64,000 nucleotides of DNA, from NCBI GenBank assembly GCA_965216755.1, contig CBDCGL010000011.1, positions 2,496,001 through 2,560,000 of the forward strand, read 5' to 3'. The translations under genes were made by a program, and so were the position numbers. How positions within the stretch are numbered: position 1 is the stretch's first letter; each line of letters begins with the position of its first letter. Under the pieces are notes generated by a model, which saw only the letters and a program-made list of their open reading frames with translations, was not told the DNA's origin and searched no databases. Source of the stretch: Alphaproteobacteria bacterium (GTDB taxonomy: Bacteria; Pseudomonadota; Alphaproteobacteria; UBA7887). Shown here piece by piece: positions 9,659-18,256 of this stretch.

Positions 9659-10453
9659 ATGAACAGAAGACTTGAAAACCGCGTCGCATTGGTTTTTGGG
9701 GCTGGCTCGGTTGGACCTGGCTGGGGCAACGGCAAAGCTTGTGCGGTAACCTATGCGCGCCACGGCGCCCGCATCGTGTGTGTTGACATCGACCGCGACG
9801 CCGCGAATGAAACCGTCGGCCTGATCCAGGCGGACGGCGGCAACGCGATCGCCGTAACCTGCGATATCACCAATGATGCGCATGTCGCCGCGGCTGTCGA
9901 CACCGCGATGGACGCCTACGGCACGATCGATGTCTTGCACAACAATGTCGGCCATGCCGCCATGGGTGGCCCGATAGAACTGAGCGAGGCGGAATGGCGG
10001 CGCGAACTTGACCTCAACGTGAACGGGGTTTTTCGCAGCTGTAAGCACGTGTTGCCGATCATGCTTGATCGTGGGCGCGGCGCCATCATCAACATCTCGT
10101 CGTCGGCCGCGCTTCGCTATATGGGCTACGACTATGCCAGCTACTACGCCGCCAAGGGTGCCGTTAATCAGCTCACCGTCGGGCTGGCGCTGCAATATGC
10201 GGCGCGCGGTATTCGCGTGAACGCGATCTGTCCCGGCCTGATCGACACACCGTTGATTCATCGCCAAATTAGCGGCGCGTATGACTCCACGGATGACATG
10301 CTGGCCCAGCGGCATGCGGCAAGCCCAACCGGCAAAATGGGCACGGCTTGGGACGTCGCCAACGCCGCCTTGTTTTTGGCCAGCGACGAGGCTCGGTACA
10401 TCAACGCGGTCTGTCTGCCAGTCGACGGCGGCCTGACGGCGCGCGCGGTCTAG
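9659..10453 (+). CDS. SDR family oxidoreductase
   Basis: GAGSVGPGWGNG, HNNVG, YYAAK motifs. Confidence 0.9.
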   Translation: MNRRLENRVALVFGAGSVGPGWGNGKACAVTYARHGARIVCVDIDRDAANETVGLIQADGGNAIAVTCDITNDAHVAAAVDTAMDAYGTIDVLHNNVGHAAMGGPIELSEAEWRRELDLNVNGVFRSCKHVLPIMLDRGRGAIINISSSAALRYMGYDYASYYAAKGAVNQLTVGLALQYAARGIRVNAICPGLIDTPLIHRQISGAYDSTDDMLAQRHAASPTGKMGTAWDVANAALFLASDEARYINAVCLPVDGGLTARAV

Positions 10454-10558
10454 CCGATATCGACCTCAAATCCGCCACAAGACCGACTACGTAAGTGCGA
10501 TGTGCGCGCCTTCAGCGGGTATGATATCTTGCGCTTACATCTGATGAAGAGGAACGAG

Positions 10559-10882
10559 ATGTTCGAAAGATCCCGTAACGGAATTGCAGCGGCCGTCGCG
10601 GCCATTTGCCTTGGATGGGGTGGACCGTCTGCGGCCGCAGAGATGATTGAGGCCGAAATCCTTAACTTCTCCGAGATGAACCGTTGGGTCCAGGTTACGG
10701 ACTTGATCTGCAAGACCGAACTCTACAAAGACACAATGGATGCGCAGGCGCGCCTGCCGGTCGAACTCTGTACCGGCGATGACGGCCTGGCCAAGGTCAT
10801 GCTTTATGTCCGCATTGGTTGCACCAAAAACCAGACCTTTATCAAGGAAGGTGTCGAGAACGGCGCCACGGTCAGTTTTTAG
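10559..10882 (+). CDS. Small secreted hypothetical protein
   Basis: RBS GAGGA, signal peptide ending SAAA, coding-like codon usage. Confidence 0.65.
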   Translation: MFERSRNGIAAAVAAICLGWGGPSAAAEMIEAEILNFSEMNRWVQVTDLICKTELYKDTMDAQARLPVELCTGDDGLAKVMLYVRIGCTKNQTFIKEGVENGATVSF

Positions 10883-10980
10883 GCACGTGCTGAATCCAAA
10901 TGGCCCCTTGAAGGTGCCGCGGCGAGCACGGCACTGCCCCTCGCAACGTAGATCCGGCTGTCCCCGGCAGAGGAAAGATT

Positions 10981-12180
10981 ATGAAACATCAATGGCATTT
11001 GGCGGCGGCGGCGTTGCTGACGTGGGCTTTTGCGCCGACCCTAGCGGCCGCAGAGATGTTGGCGATTTCGAACTACGAGACCAAGGCCGACGAGTCGCTT
11101 GAGGCGCTGCAACTGCAGAATGCGGACGAAAATCGCCGCGAAGGTATTGCGGTTTTCGAGGTCGATCCGGCGTCGCCGGACTATGGCAAGATCCTGATGG
11201 AAATTCCGGTATCACCGGACTTGGTGCTGCACCACATTTTCTACAACAACGCGCTCACTAAAGCCTATGTGACCGCGCTGGAGCAGGAAATCCTGCACGT
11301 CATCGATCTGACCAAATGGCCGTATCGCATGAAGCCGATCCCGACTCCAGGCTGCAAGGTGCAAGAGAACATTATTTTGTCGGATGATGACAAGACCTGG
11401 TATGTGACCTGCATGGGATCGGCAAATGTTGTAGTTGGAGATGCGGTCAAAGACGAAATGACCCACATCATCGAAATGCCCGGCACCTACCCTCATGGCA
11501 TCACTTTGCACAGTGGCATCGACCGCATTTTGGTGGCCAGTTGTGTCGCCCCTGACATGAGCGGCGCCGGTCATACCGTCGAGATCATCAAAGCGAGCAC
11601 GGGCGAGTATTTGGGTGGCCTGCCGGTGTCGGAGAAAAAGGGCACGGCACCGGTCGAGACGGTGTTTGTACCGAAAAGCGACCCGCCGATCGCCTATGTC
11701 ACCAACATGATGGAAAGCTCGCTCTGGGCCGTGATCTGGGACGCGCCGACGGAGACATTCAGTAGCCAAATGGTGTTCGATTTTGGCGAACACGGCGCCG
11801 ACATGCCGCTGGAGATCTATTTCAACCGGGCTGTCGACCGCTTGTATGTGACAACGGCGGATCCGGGCCATTTCCACATTTTCGATATCAGCAGCGGGCC
11901 GCTAGAGCCGAAACTGCTGAAGCAGTTGCCGACCGCCGGTGGTGCACATCATGTTGCCTTTACGCCAGACGAGAAGTTGGCCTACGTGCAAAACGCGCTA
12001 CTGAACTTGCCGGGTCTGAACGACGGCTCGATCACGGTTATCGACTTGACGACCGAGGAAGTGATCGACTCCATCGATGTGTTCAAGGAAGGCGGGTTTG
12101 CCGCCAATTCGATTACCATGCTACCTGAATGGTATCACCCGGCCGGCCATTTCAACAACGGTCCCGGTACCGTGCAGTAA
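10981..12180 (+). CDS. Secreted YncE/SBP56-like beta-propeller protein
   Basis: Signal peptide; repeated YVT/YVQ blades; HHIF, PHG, AHH motifs. Confidence 0.75.
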   Translation: MKHQWHLAAAALLTWAFAPTLAAAEMLAISNYETKADESLEALQLQNADENRREGIAVFEVDPASPDYGKILMEIPVSPDLVLHHIFYNNALTKAYVTALEQEILHVIDLTKWPYRMKPIPTPGCKVQENIILSDDDKTWYVTCMGSANVVVGDAVKDEMTHIIEMPGTYPHGITLHSGIDRILVASCVAPDMSGAGHTVEIIKASTGEYLGGLPVSEKKGTAPVETVFVPKSDPPIAYVTNMMESSLWAVIWDAPTETFSSQMVFDFGEHGADMPLEIYFNRAVDRLYVTTADPGHFHIFDISSGPLEPKLLKQLPTAGGAHHVAFTPDEKLAYVQNALLNLPGLNDGSITVIDLTTEEVIDSIDVFKEGGFAANSITMLPEWYHPAGHFNNGPGTVQ

Positions 12181-12190
12181 CAGACACACG

Positions 12191-12302
12191 AATTCCGGTG
12201 GAATTCCGGTGACAGTTTACTTAATTCACCCACGCTGTGGGCCTGGTAAACTCTCACCGCGGCTTGAATTAAGTAAACTGTCACCGGAATTCCACCGGAA
12301 TT
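12191..12302. repeat. REP/REPIN-like long inverted repeat, copy 1
   Basis: Perfect 38-bp arms (12191-12228 and 12265-12302), core GGTGACAGTTTACT; related copy at 63091. Confidence 0.85.
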
Positions 12303-12314
12303 GCCGCCGTGACC

Positions 12315-12363
12315 AAAAAAGAGAAGCGGACCCTCGCCGCAAGGCAAGGGTCCGCTTCCTTTT
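12315..12363. terminator. Bidirectional rho-independent terminator
   Basis: GAAGCGGACCCT...AGGGTCCGCTTC stem flanked by A-run and T-run, between convergent genes. Confidence 0.7.
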
Positions 12364-12378
12364 GGTCGTGTCGTCGGT

Positions 12379-13809
12379 TTACTTCGATACCCGCAGGTTC
12401 GACAGATCTTGGCCAATCGCCTCAAACACGTTTTGAAGCTCTGAATTTGATGGCGAGTCGAAGTAACGGTCCGAACCGCTGGCGCAAGTCTCGTAAAGAT
12501 CCTTCAAATCCTGCTCATCGCCGACTTGGAAGGTGATGGCATAGATGACGACTCCCGCTTCCTTCATCGCCATGCAGGTGTCGGTGAGCCGGGAATTCAA
12601 CTCCGCGCGCGACGAAGAGGTGGTCACCGGATCGACCAATTCGCCATCATCCGGATAGCCATAGGCGGTGTAATAGTCGTTGGAATAACCGGACCATTGA
12701 TTCCAACCGTCGGTCAGCAGGATGACGGCCTTGTCCATCAACGGTTCGTCGTACGGCAGGGGCAAATCGGCGGGCGTATCGCCGCCCCACAGGCCTTGCC
12801 AATCTGGTGACACAGTGCGCCAACCCCACGACATGCCGACATTACTCATAGTGCCGAAGCGGCGATAGGCCCCCATCGCGTCGATGGCATCCGTTACCGT
12901 CGATTTCTCCGCCGTCAACGGCAGGATCGGCGTCGGACAGGCCAGGTTGGGGCCGTTCGCATAGCTCGACGAGGTCTGGTAGGAATCGGTCTCGTTGTAG
13001 CTGCCCGGCGCCCACCAATTGTCGCCACCGGAAGCCCAGTGATAGGTCTCAAACAATCCGGCGCCTGACGGGACCGTGTCGTCCTGATCCATGCCAACGG
13101 CGCGCGCCTTCACGCAGCCTTTCCAACTCACCTGACTGGTGCTGTAGGAGCCTTCCTGCTCCCAGGTGTAATCGTCATAATCCGACAACCAGTCCTGGTA
13201 GTCATCGCCAACATTGACGACCGACGCGTAGGGCACCAAAGCGACCCAGAAATCGTCAACCGTTTCGCGTTCGCCGTACATGATATCCATCAGCAGGTGG
13301 GCGGCATCCCGCATGGCATCCATTTTGCCGCTCCATCGCATGGACCCGGTGTTGTCCATCACCAGGGCCAGCTCTAGCCCACGCATGCGCCGCGTGACCT
13401 CGGTCGACGCCGCAATCGTGATGTCTTCAAAACCCATCACCCGCATGAAGCTGGCGCCGACGGTGGCGTTGGCGGAAACGGTAATGACATCGCCGTCCCC
13501 GGAGAACGACACCTGCGGGGTCGACAACTCCGCGCCATACAATTCATCCGGAAAATTCGCGTTCATATACATCAGCACGTCTTGCTGCATTTCCGAGACC
13601 GTCGCGTTGACGCTCGCGCCGGCCGCCAGAGCGGCGGAATCAAGCGCCGTTGCCAGCCGGGAACGCACCAGATAGGCGCGTGCTGAATCCACCCCCAGGC
13701 CGACAAAGGCCACCAGGGGAATGATGGCAAAACCGATCATGATCAATGCGCCGCCGCGGCGATCACTGACGAGCCGCGACATTTCGCTTCGCAACCAGCT
13801 CAGTGCCAT
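12379..13809 (-). CDS. TadG-like pilus-associated vWA protein
   Basis: N-terminal DRRG-hydrophobic pseudopilin/Tad segment, ALDSAALA; MIDAS DNTGSM and ILLTDG. Confidence 0.85.
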   Translation of the reverse strand: MALSWLRSEMSRLVSDRRGGALIMIGFAIIPLVAFVGLGVDSARAYLVRSRLATALDSAALAAGASVNATVSEMQQDVLMYMNANFPDELYGAELSTPQVSFSGDGDVITVSANATVGASFMRVMGFEDITIAASTEVTRRMRGLELALVMDNTGSMRWSGKMDAMRDAAHLLMDIMYGERETVDDFWVALVPYASVVNVGDDYQDWLSDYDDYTWEQEGSYSTSQVSWKGCVKARAVGMDQDDTVPSGAGLFETYHWASGGDNWWAPGSYNETDSYQTSSSYANGPNLACPTPILPLTAEKSTVTDAIDAMGAYRRFGTMSNVGMSWGWRTVSPDWQGLWGGDTPADLPLPYDEPLMDKAVILLTDGWNQWSGYSNDYYTAYGYPDDGELVDPVTTSSSRAELNSRLTDTCMAMKEAGVVIYAITFQVGDEQDLKDLYETCASGSDRYFDSPSNSELQNVFEAIGQDLSNLRVSK

Positions 13810-14042
13810 GTGTCACTCCTTACAACATCAAGCGCCTGTTCATGGGCTCTCGTCACCGAGTCGCCCTTCCGCGTTTTTCGCGGCGGAGCGGTGGTTACCG
13901 TCAACCCTGGCCGAACCGCCAGGTCGATAGAGCCCATCGGCGCAAAATCGCACCGCTCGCTGTGACCAAATCTATTGTATTTTGCAAACTTCGTAGTGGT
14001 ACGTTGGCACTAAAAAGTAATATTTTTTTCCTGCACGCCCAC

Positions 14043-14119
14043 TTAGTAGAACATTAATACTATTTATCGAAAATAAATCTAAAATAAATAAGTTATTGTA
14101 TTTATATTTTCTTAACCAT
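14043..14119. promoter_or_regulatory. Putative CtrA-binding sites in AT-rich region upstream of TadG-like gene
   Basis: TTAG-N7-TTAA at 14043-14057 and TTAACCAT at 14112-14119. Confidence 0.45.
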
Positions 14120-14295
14120 TTTCCTTTCGGCGAGGGATTTTAGAGATAATTATTTCTATTATCCGAGACTTTCCTACCAATGTTATGCGAACGCGATGCT
14201 GGACAGTACGGATCTTAAATCAGCCTGGCTTTGGCGCCGGCTAATCGGCTCACAAAGTCATTGACAGCGCGTCGCGAGCCTGCGACCGATTGGCC

Positions 14296-15216
14296 ATGCG
14301 TTGGAGACGTGGGCGTCGAAGCCAAAACATTGAGGACCGGCGCGGCCAAGCACCGCGGGCCGGTATGCGGCTACCCGGCGGCCTCGGGCAGCGCGGCGGC
14401 ATTGGCCGCAAAGCGGGCCTGGGTGGCATCGGCCTGGTCATTGTGGTTGTCGCGTCGATGCTGTTTGGTGTCGACCCTAGTGTGTTGCTGCAAAACGTGC
14501 CGAGCGGCGCGGGCCCCCAGCCGGTTCCGTCCGACGGCGCAAGCCGCGCACCCAAGCGAGAAACGGCGGCCGAGCGCCAATTGGCCGAATTCACCTCGGT
14601 TGTCCTTGCGGATACCGAAGACACCTGGACGCCCCTGTTTGAAAGCGCTAATCGCACCTACCAGAAACCCAAATTGGTCCTGTTTTCCGACGCGGTGCAG
14701 TCTGCGTGCGGCTTTGCACAGGCGGCGTCAGGGCCATTTTACTGCCCTGGTGACCGCAAGGTATATATCGACCTGAGCTTTTACAGCGATCTAAAGAACC
14801 GCTTCAGGGCGCCCGGCGATTTTGCTCAAGCCTATGTGGTCGCACACGAAATCGGCCACCACGTGCAAACCTTGTTGGGGATTTCCGAGCAAGTCATGAA
14901 GCTGCGCCGGCGTGTCAGCAAGAACGAGGGCAACGCACTATCGGTCATGCAGGAGCTGCAGGCCGATTGTTTCGCCGGGATTTGGGCGCATCACGCGCAC
15001 CGCGCCCGCAACATTCTGGAAGAAGGCGACATCGAAGAAGGCCTAAACGCGGCCAGTGCCATTGGTGACGATCGTTTGCAGCGCCAGTCCCAAGGCTATG
15101 TGGTGCCCGAGTCGTTTACCCATGGCAGCTCGGAGCAGCGCGTCCGTTGGTTTCGAATCGGCCTAAAATCCGGCACCATGGACGCCTGCAATACCTTTGA
15201 GACCGACCGCCTATAG
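14296..15216 (+). CDS. Neutral zinc metallopeptidase, YpfJ family
   Basis: MRW..GRRS.NIEDRR, GPFYCPGD, AHEIGHHVQ, ELQADC, FTHGSS. Confidence 0.92.
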   Translation: MRWRRGRRSQNIEDRRGQAPRAGMRLPGGLGQRGGIGRKAGLGGIGLVIVVVASMLFGVDPSVLLQNVPSGAGPQPVPSDGASRAPKRETAAERQLAEFTSVVLADTEDTWTPLFESANRTYQKPKLVLFSDAVQSACGFAQAASGPFYCPGDRKVYIDLSFYSDLKNRFRAPGDFAQAYVVAHEIGHHVQTLLGISEQVMKLRRRVSKNEGNALSVMQELQADCFAGIWAHHAHRARNILEEGDIEEGLNAASAIGDDRLQRQSQGYVVPESFTHGSSEQRVRWFRIGLKSGTMDACNTFETDRL

Positions 15217-15242
15217 CGGCGGCCGGCCGATCGTGGCGCGCA

Positions 15243-16103
15243 CTATTCGTCGTTAAACAGGCCTTCCAACTGATCGCCAACCGCGCCGATACCGTCTTCA
15301 ACCGCGCTTCCGACACCGTCCGCGACACCGCCTGTTTCGCCAAGCTCGCCGTCCAAGGTCTGGCGCAATTCGCCCGCCGCCCCTTCAACCACGTCTTGAG
15401 CGCCGCCGACCAATTCATCCAAATTCACGGTCGCGATCGCCCGGTCGATATTGTCGGTGATTGCCGCCAAGACAATTTTCGCGATTTCCTCGGGCGTCGC
15501 ACCGCCGCTCTCGCGGCCGACGTCGGTCAAGTGCACCTCGGGCAGCACCAGGTCAAGCGTCTCGCCGCCAAGACCGGTCGCACTCACCGCCACTCGGCCG
15601 TCGCGGATTACCAAGTTTTCGATGACCACTTTGGGTCCCTTGTCCGCCGACTCGCCGCCGGAGCCAGTGGAATCATCGCCGCCGCTGGCGCCTCCGGCCC
15701 GCGCTTGTACGGTGTCACGGATCGTATCGATATTGGATCCACTATCCCCGATCTCGTAAGTCACCGCCGGACCGTCCACGGCCACTTCATTGATGACAAT
15801 AGGATCTTCGGTCACCGAGCCGATGTCGAGCTGCACGCGAACAGCGCCGATGGCAATCGCGTTCTCGGTCTCAAATCCCGGCGGGTTGCCAACGGTCAGC
15901 CCGGTCAAGCTGCCGGACCCGTTTTGAGGCGAAATATCCGCGTTCTGCAGACCTACCGCGGTTCCCGTAACCTGCGAGCCATAGGTCTCAATGGCGGACT
16001 GCGCAAGTTCGTTCAAATTGTCGAAAACGTAATAAGCCAGACCGCCAACAACGATGATGACGATCACGACAAGAATCCCAACGATTTTTAGGAGGCGTCC
16101 CAT
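15243..16103 (-). CDS. AsmA/DUF748-like membrane-anchored protein
   Basis: N-terminal TM, GLTVGNPPGF, beta-rich body; start at 16103. Confidence 0.7.
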   Translation of the reverse strand: MGRLLKIVGILVVIVIIVVGGLAYYVFDNLNELAQSAIETYGSQVTGTAVGLQNADISPQNGSGSLTGLTVGNPPGFETENAIAIGAVRVQLDIGSVTEDPIVINEVAVDGPAVTYEIGDSGSNIDTIRDTVQARAGGASGGDDSTGSGGESADKGPKVVIENLVIRDGRVAVSATGLGGETLDLVLPEVHLTDVGRESGGATPEEIAKIVLAAITDNIDRAIATVNLDELVGGAQDVVEGAAGELRQTLDGELGETGGVADGVGSAVEDGIGAVGDQLEGLFNDE

Positions 16104-16340
16104 AATCGAATCCTCATGCTCAGGTTTGGTACGACGTCGTGCCCGATTGCGTCCCGGCCAGCTGGCGCGGTTATGGAGGTAGTATGACAGCCCCGTATGG
16201 CGACACGGATGACAAGATGTGGCCATCGCAGATCGACCGCCGGCAAGCTCCGGACACCGACGTAAGTGGTTGCAAAGACGCGTTAACGCAGAGATGCTAG
16301 ACACTTAACGATAATGCCCTGGAGGAAAAGGACCCACAAA

Positions 16341-16922
16341 GTGAAGCACCAAATTCGCTTTCTGCTGCCCCTGGTCGGGGTGGCCTTCGCGATTGCAGCC
16401 GTGACGAGCCCGGTCAGCGCCGATGATATCACCGACGAGATCGAGGCGGCGCTGCTGTTCTACCAAGACGGCGACATTTCCCAAGCCAAAGAAGCGCTTG
16501 ATTTCGCGAGTCAGCTACTTGCGCAGAAAAAGGCTGAAAGCCTGGGCAGTTATTTGCCGGAACCTCTGGACGGCTGGTCGATCGTCGACACGGACACCAG
16601 CGCCGCCGGCGCTGCCATGTTTGGCGGTGGCGTCACCGCCACGCAGACCTATTCAAACGGCAGCACTGATTGCACCGTCACTTTGGTCGGCGATTCGCCG
16701 ATGCTTCAGATGATGGCCATGATGTTTAGCAACCCCAGCGCCGTCGGCGCCAGTGGCGGCCGTATGCAGCGCGTCGGCCGCCAAAAAGCGATCATCACAG
16801 CGGAAGGCGAGGTTCAATTGATGGTCAACAACTTCTTTATCACCATCAATGGCGGCGCTTCCGAGGAAGACAAGATCGCTTACGCCGGCGGAGTCGATTA
16901 TGCCGGCCTGGCCGATTTCTAA
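16341..16922 (+). CDS. Secreted hypothetical protein
   Basis: Signal peptide ending VSA-DD; LPEPLDGW; coding-like codon usage. Confidence 0.7.
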   Translation: MKHQIRFLLPLVGVAFAIAAVTSPVSADDITDEIEAALLFYQDGDISQAKEALDFASQLLAQKKAESLGSYLPEPLDGWSIVDTDTSAAGAAMFGGGVTATQTYSNGSTDCTVTLVGDSPMLQMMAMMFSNPSAVGASGGRMQRVGRQKAIITAEGEVQLMVNNFFITINGGASEEDKIAYAGGVDYAGLADF

Positions 16923-17061
16923 GTGGGCGGCACCGCCATCGCACCGGTGCATTCGGCATAAACACAAATTGAACGACCGTGACATGACGCCATAGCCGGT
17001 ATCGTCCAAGATCACTGCGCGAAAGAATCCGAACGCGGATCGCTTTCCATGTCATGACTTC

Positions 17062-17089
17062 AGCCCCTCTCGCAAGAGGGGCTTTTTTT
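17062..17089 (+). terminator. Rho-independent terminator
   Basis: AGCCCCTCT-cgca-AGAGGGGCT followed by T-run. Confidence 0.8.
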
Positions 17090-17200
17090 GCCACCGATCC
17101 GCCGAGGCCCAGACATAGTGCGTGTGCACCACGACCGCTGCTGGGTCACGTGCTAATTCATAGAAAATTGCTAAAATTTTATGAGATGGAACCGAATTGC

Positions 17201-17389
17201 ATGCCTACATTCATCGCTTATGTCCGCGATCGCTCAAGCACCACATCGATTGAATATGCTCTGGTCGCGTCGCTGGTTGCTGTCGCGGGCATGGCCGCGT
17301 TCTCGGGCTTGGGCGCACAAATCCGGACCCTATATGCCGACATCAACGAGGCGTTGCAAAGGGCACTGATCGCCGCCGAAAATGGATAG
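17201..17389 (+). CDS. Flp family type IVb/c pilin (atypical cleavage site)
   Basis: TTSIEYALVASLVAVA Flp motif; Ser instead of Gly at -1. Confidence 0.7.
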   Translation: MPTFIAYVRDRSSTTSIEYALVASLVAVAGMAAFSGLGAQIRTLYADINEALQRALIAAENG

Positions 17390-17518
17390 AGCGGGGCTGT
17401 GGCGCTTACCACAGGCCGGGATGGGTGGATCACATGCCATAGCGCTTGCCGCACCCCACTTGGCGCGCCAATTTGAGGTATAGCGACCGCCAGCGACAAA
17501 CTGCGTAAGGGACCAGAC

Positions 17519-17635
17519 ATGTCATCACAAACCTCCGACAGCCCGATGAAAGTGGCCCCAGGCCTGGTGCTGGGCGCAACAACCGCCGGATTTGTCTACC
17601 TGGTCATCGCGATTGCATTCGCCGTCGGCCATTAA
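17519..17635 (+). CDS. Putative 38-aa single-TM small protein
   Basis: AAGGGA RBS; MSSQTSDSPMKVAPGLVLGATTAGFVYLVIAIAFAVGH; not in ORF track. Confidence 0.4.
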   Translation: MSSQTSDSPMKVAPGLVLGATTAGFVYLVIAIAFAVGH

Positions 17636-17837
17636 ACGACCACGGTATCGGCGTATTTTCGCCGCGCCGATGCTGACAGGAACGCGCAATCTGTAGTGTT
17701 TGTCACTGCCAAAGAGCTGCCGTTCTGCCGATTATCCGTGCCTAGTCCGATCGGATCATGATCACAAACAGGATCCCAGGCATAAACGTGCCTCGTTCCC
17801 CGACGGACGAATGAAAGACTAGGTACGGAGCGTTCCC

Positions 17838-18011
17838 ATGACCAAAGTTCTCGCCTTCTTGAATGACGAATCTGGTGCCACTGCCATCGAATACGGCCTG
17901 ATTGCCGCGTTGGTCTCTGTGGCCGCCATCGGCGCCCTGACGACCATGGGCAGCAGCCTGTCGGCCGTGTTTGGTACGGTTTCTGACAAGTTGGACGCCG
18001 CTACGCAGTAG
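17838..18011 (+). CDS. flp: Flp family pilin (57 aa)
   Basis: MTKVLAFLNDESG/ATAIEYGLIAALVSVAAIG canonical Flp; GGAG RBS; not in ORF track. Confidence 0.93.
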   Translation: MTKVLAFLNDESGATAIEYGLIAALVSVAAIGALTTMGSSLSAVFGTVSDKLDAATQ

Positions 18012-18256
18012 CGGGTCGGCCGCAAGTCGCCTTCGGGCGAACACCTCTTGACGGACCGGGTGGCGCGCCAGCGTCACCCGGTTTTTCGTTGGCCGCATTC
18101 TGCGTCTCGAAACCAAACGAGATTGTGGGCCGAAGTTGACAGCGGCATGGACCCATCCGATATGTCAGCACACGATCTGAAACCATCAACCAGCGGCAAG
18201 GGGCCCCCATGCGACCCGTAGACGCCCGATTTGCGCGGGTCAAACATACGCGGCGG

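Noticed and set aside
12191-12302. CRISPR-like repeat-spacer-repeat (38-bp repeats, 36-bp spacer)
   Set aside because: The repeats are inverted rather than direct, there are only two, and no cas genes are present.
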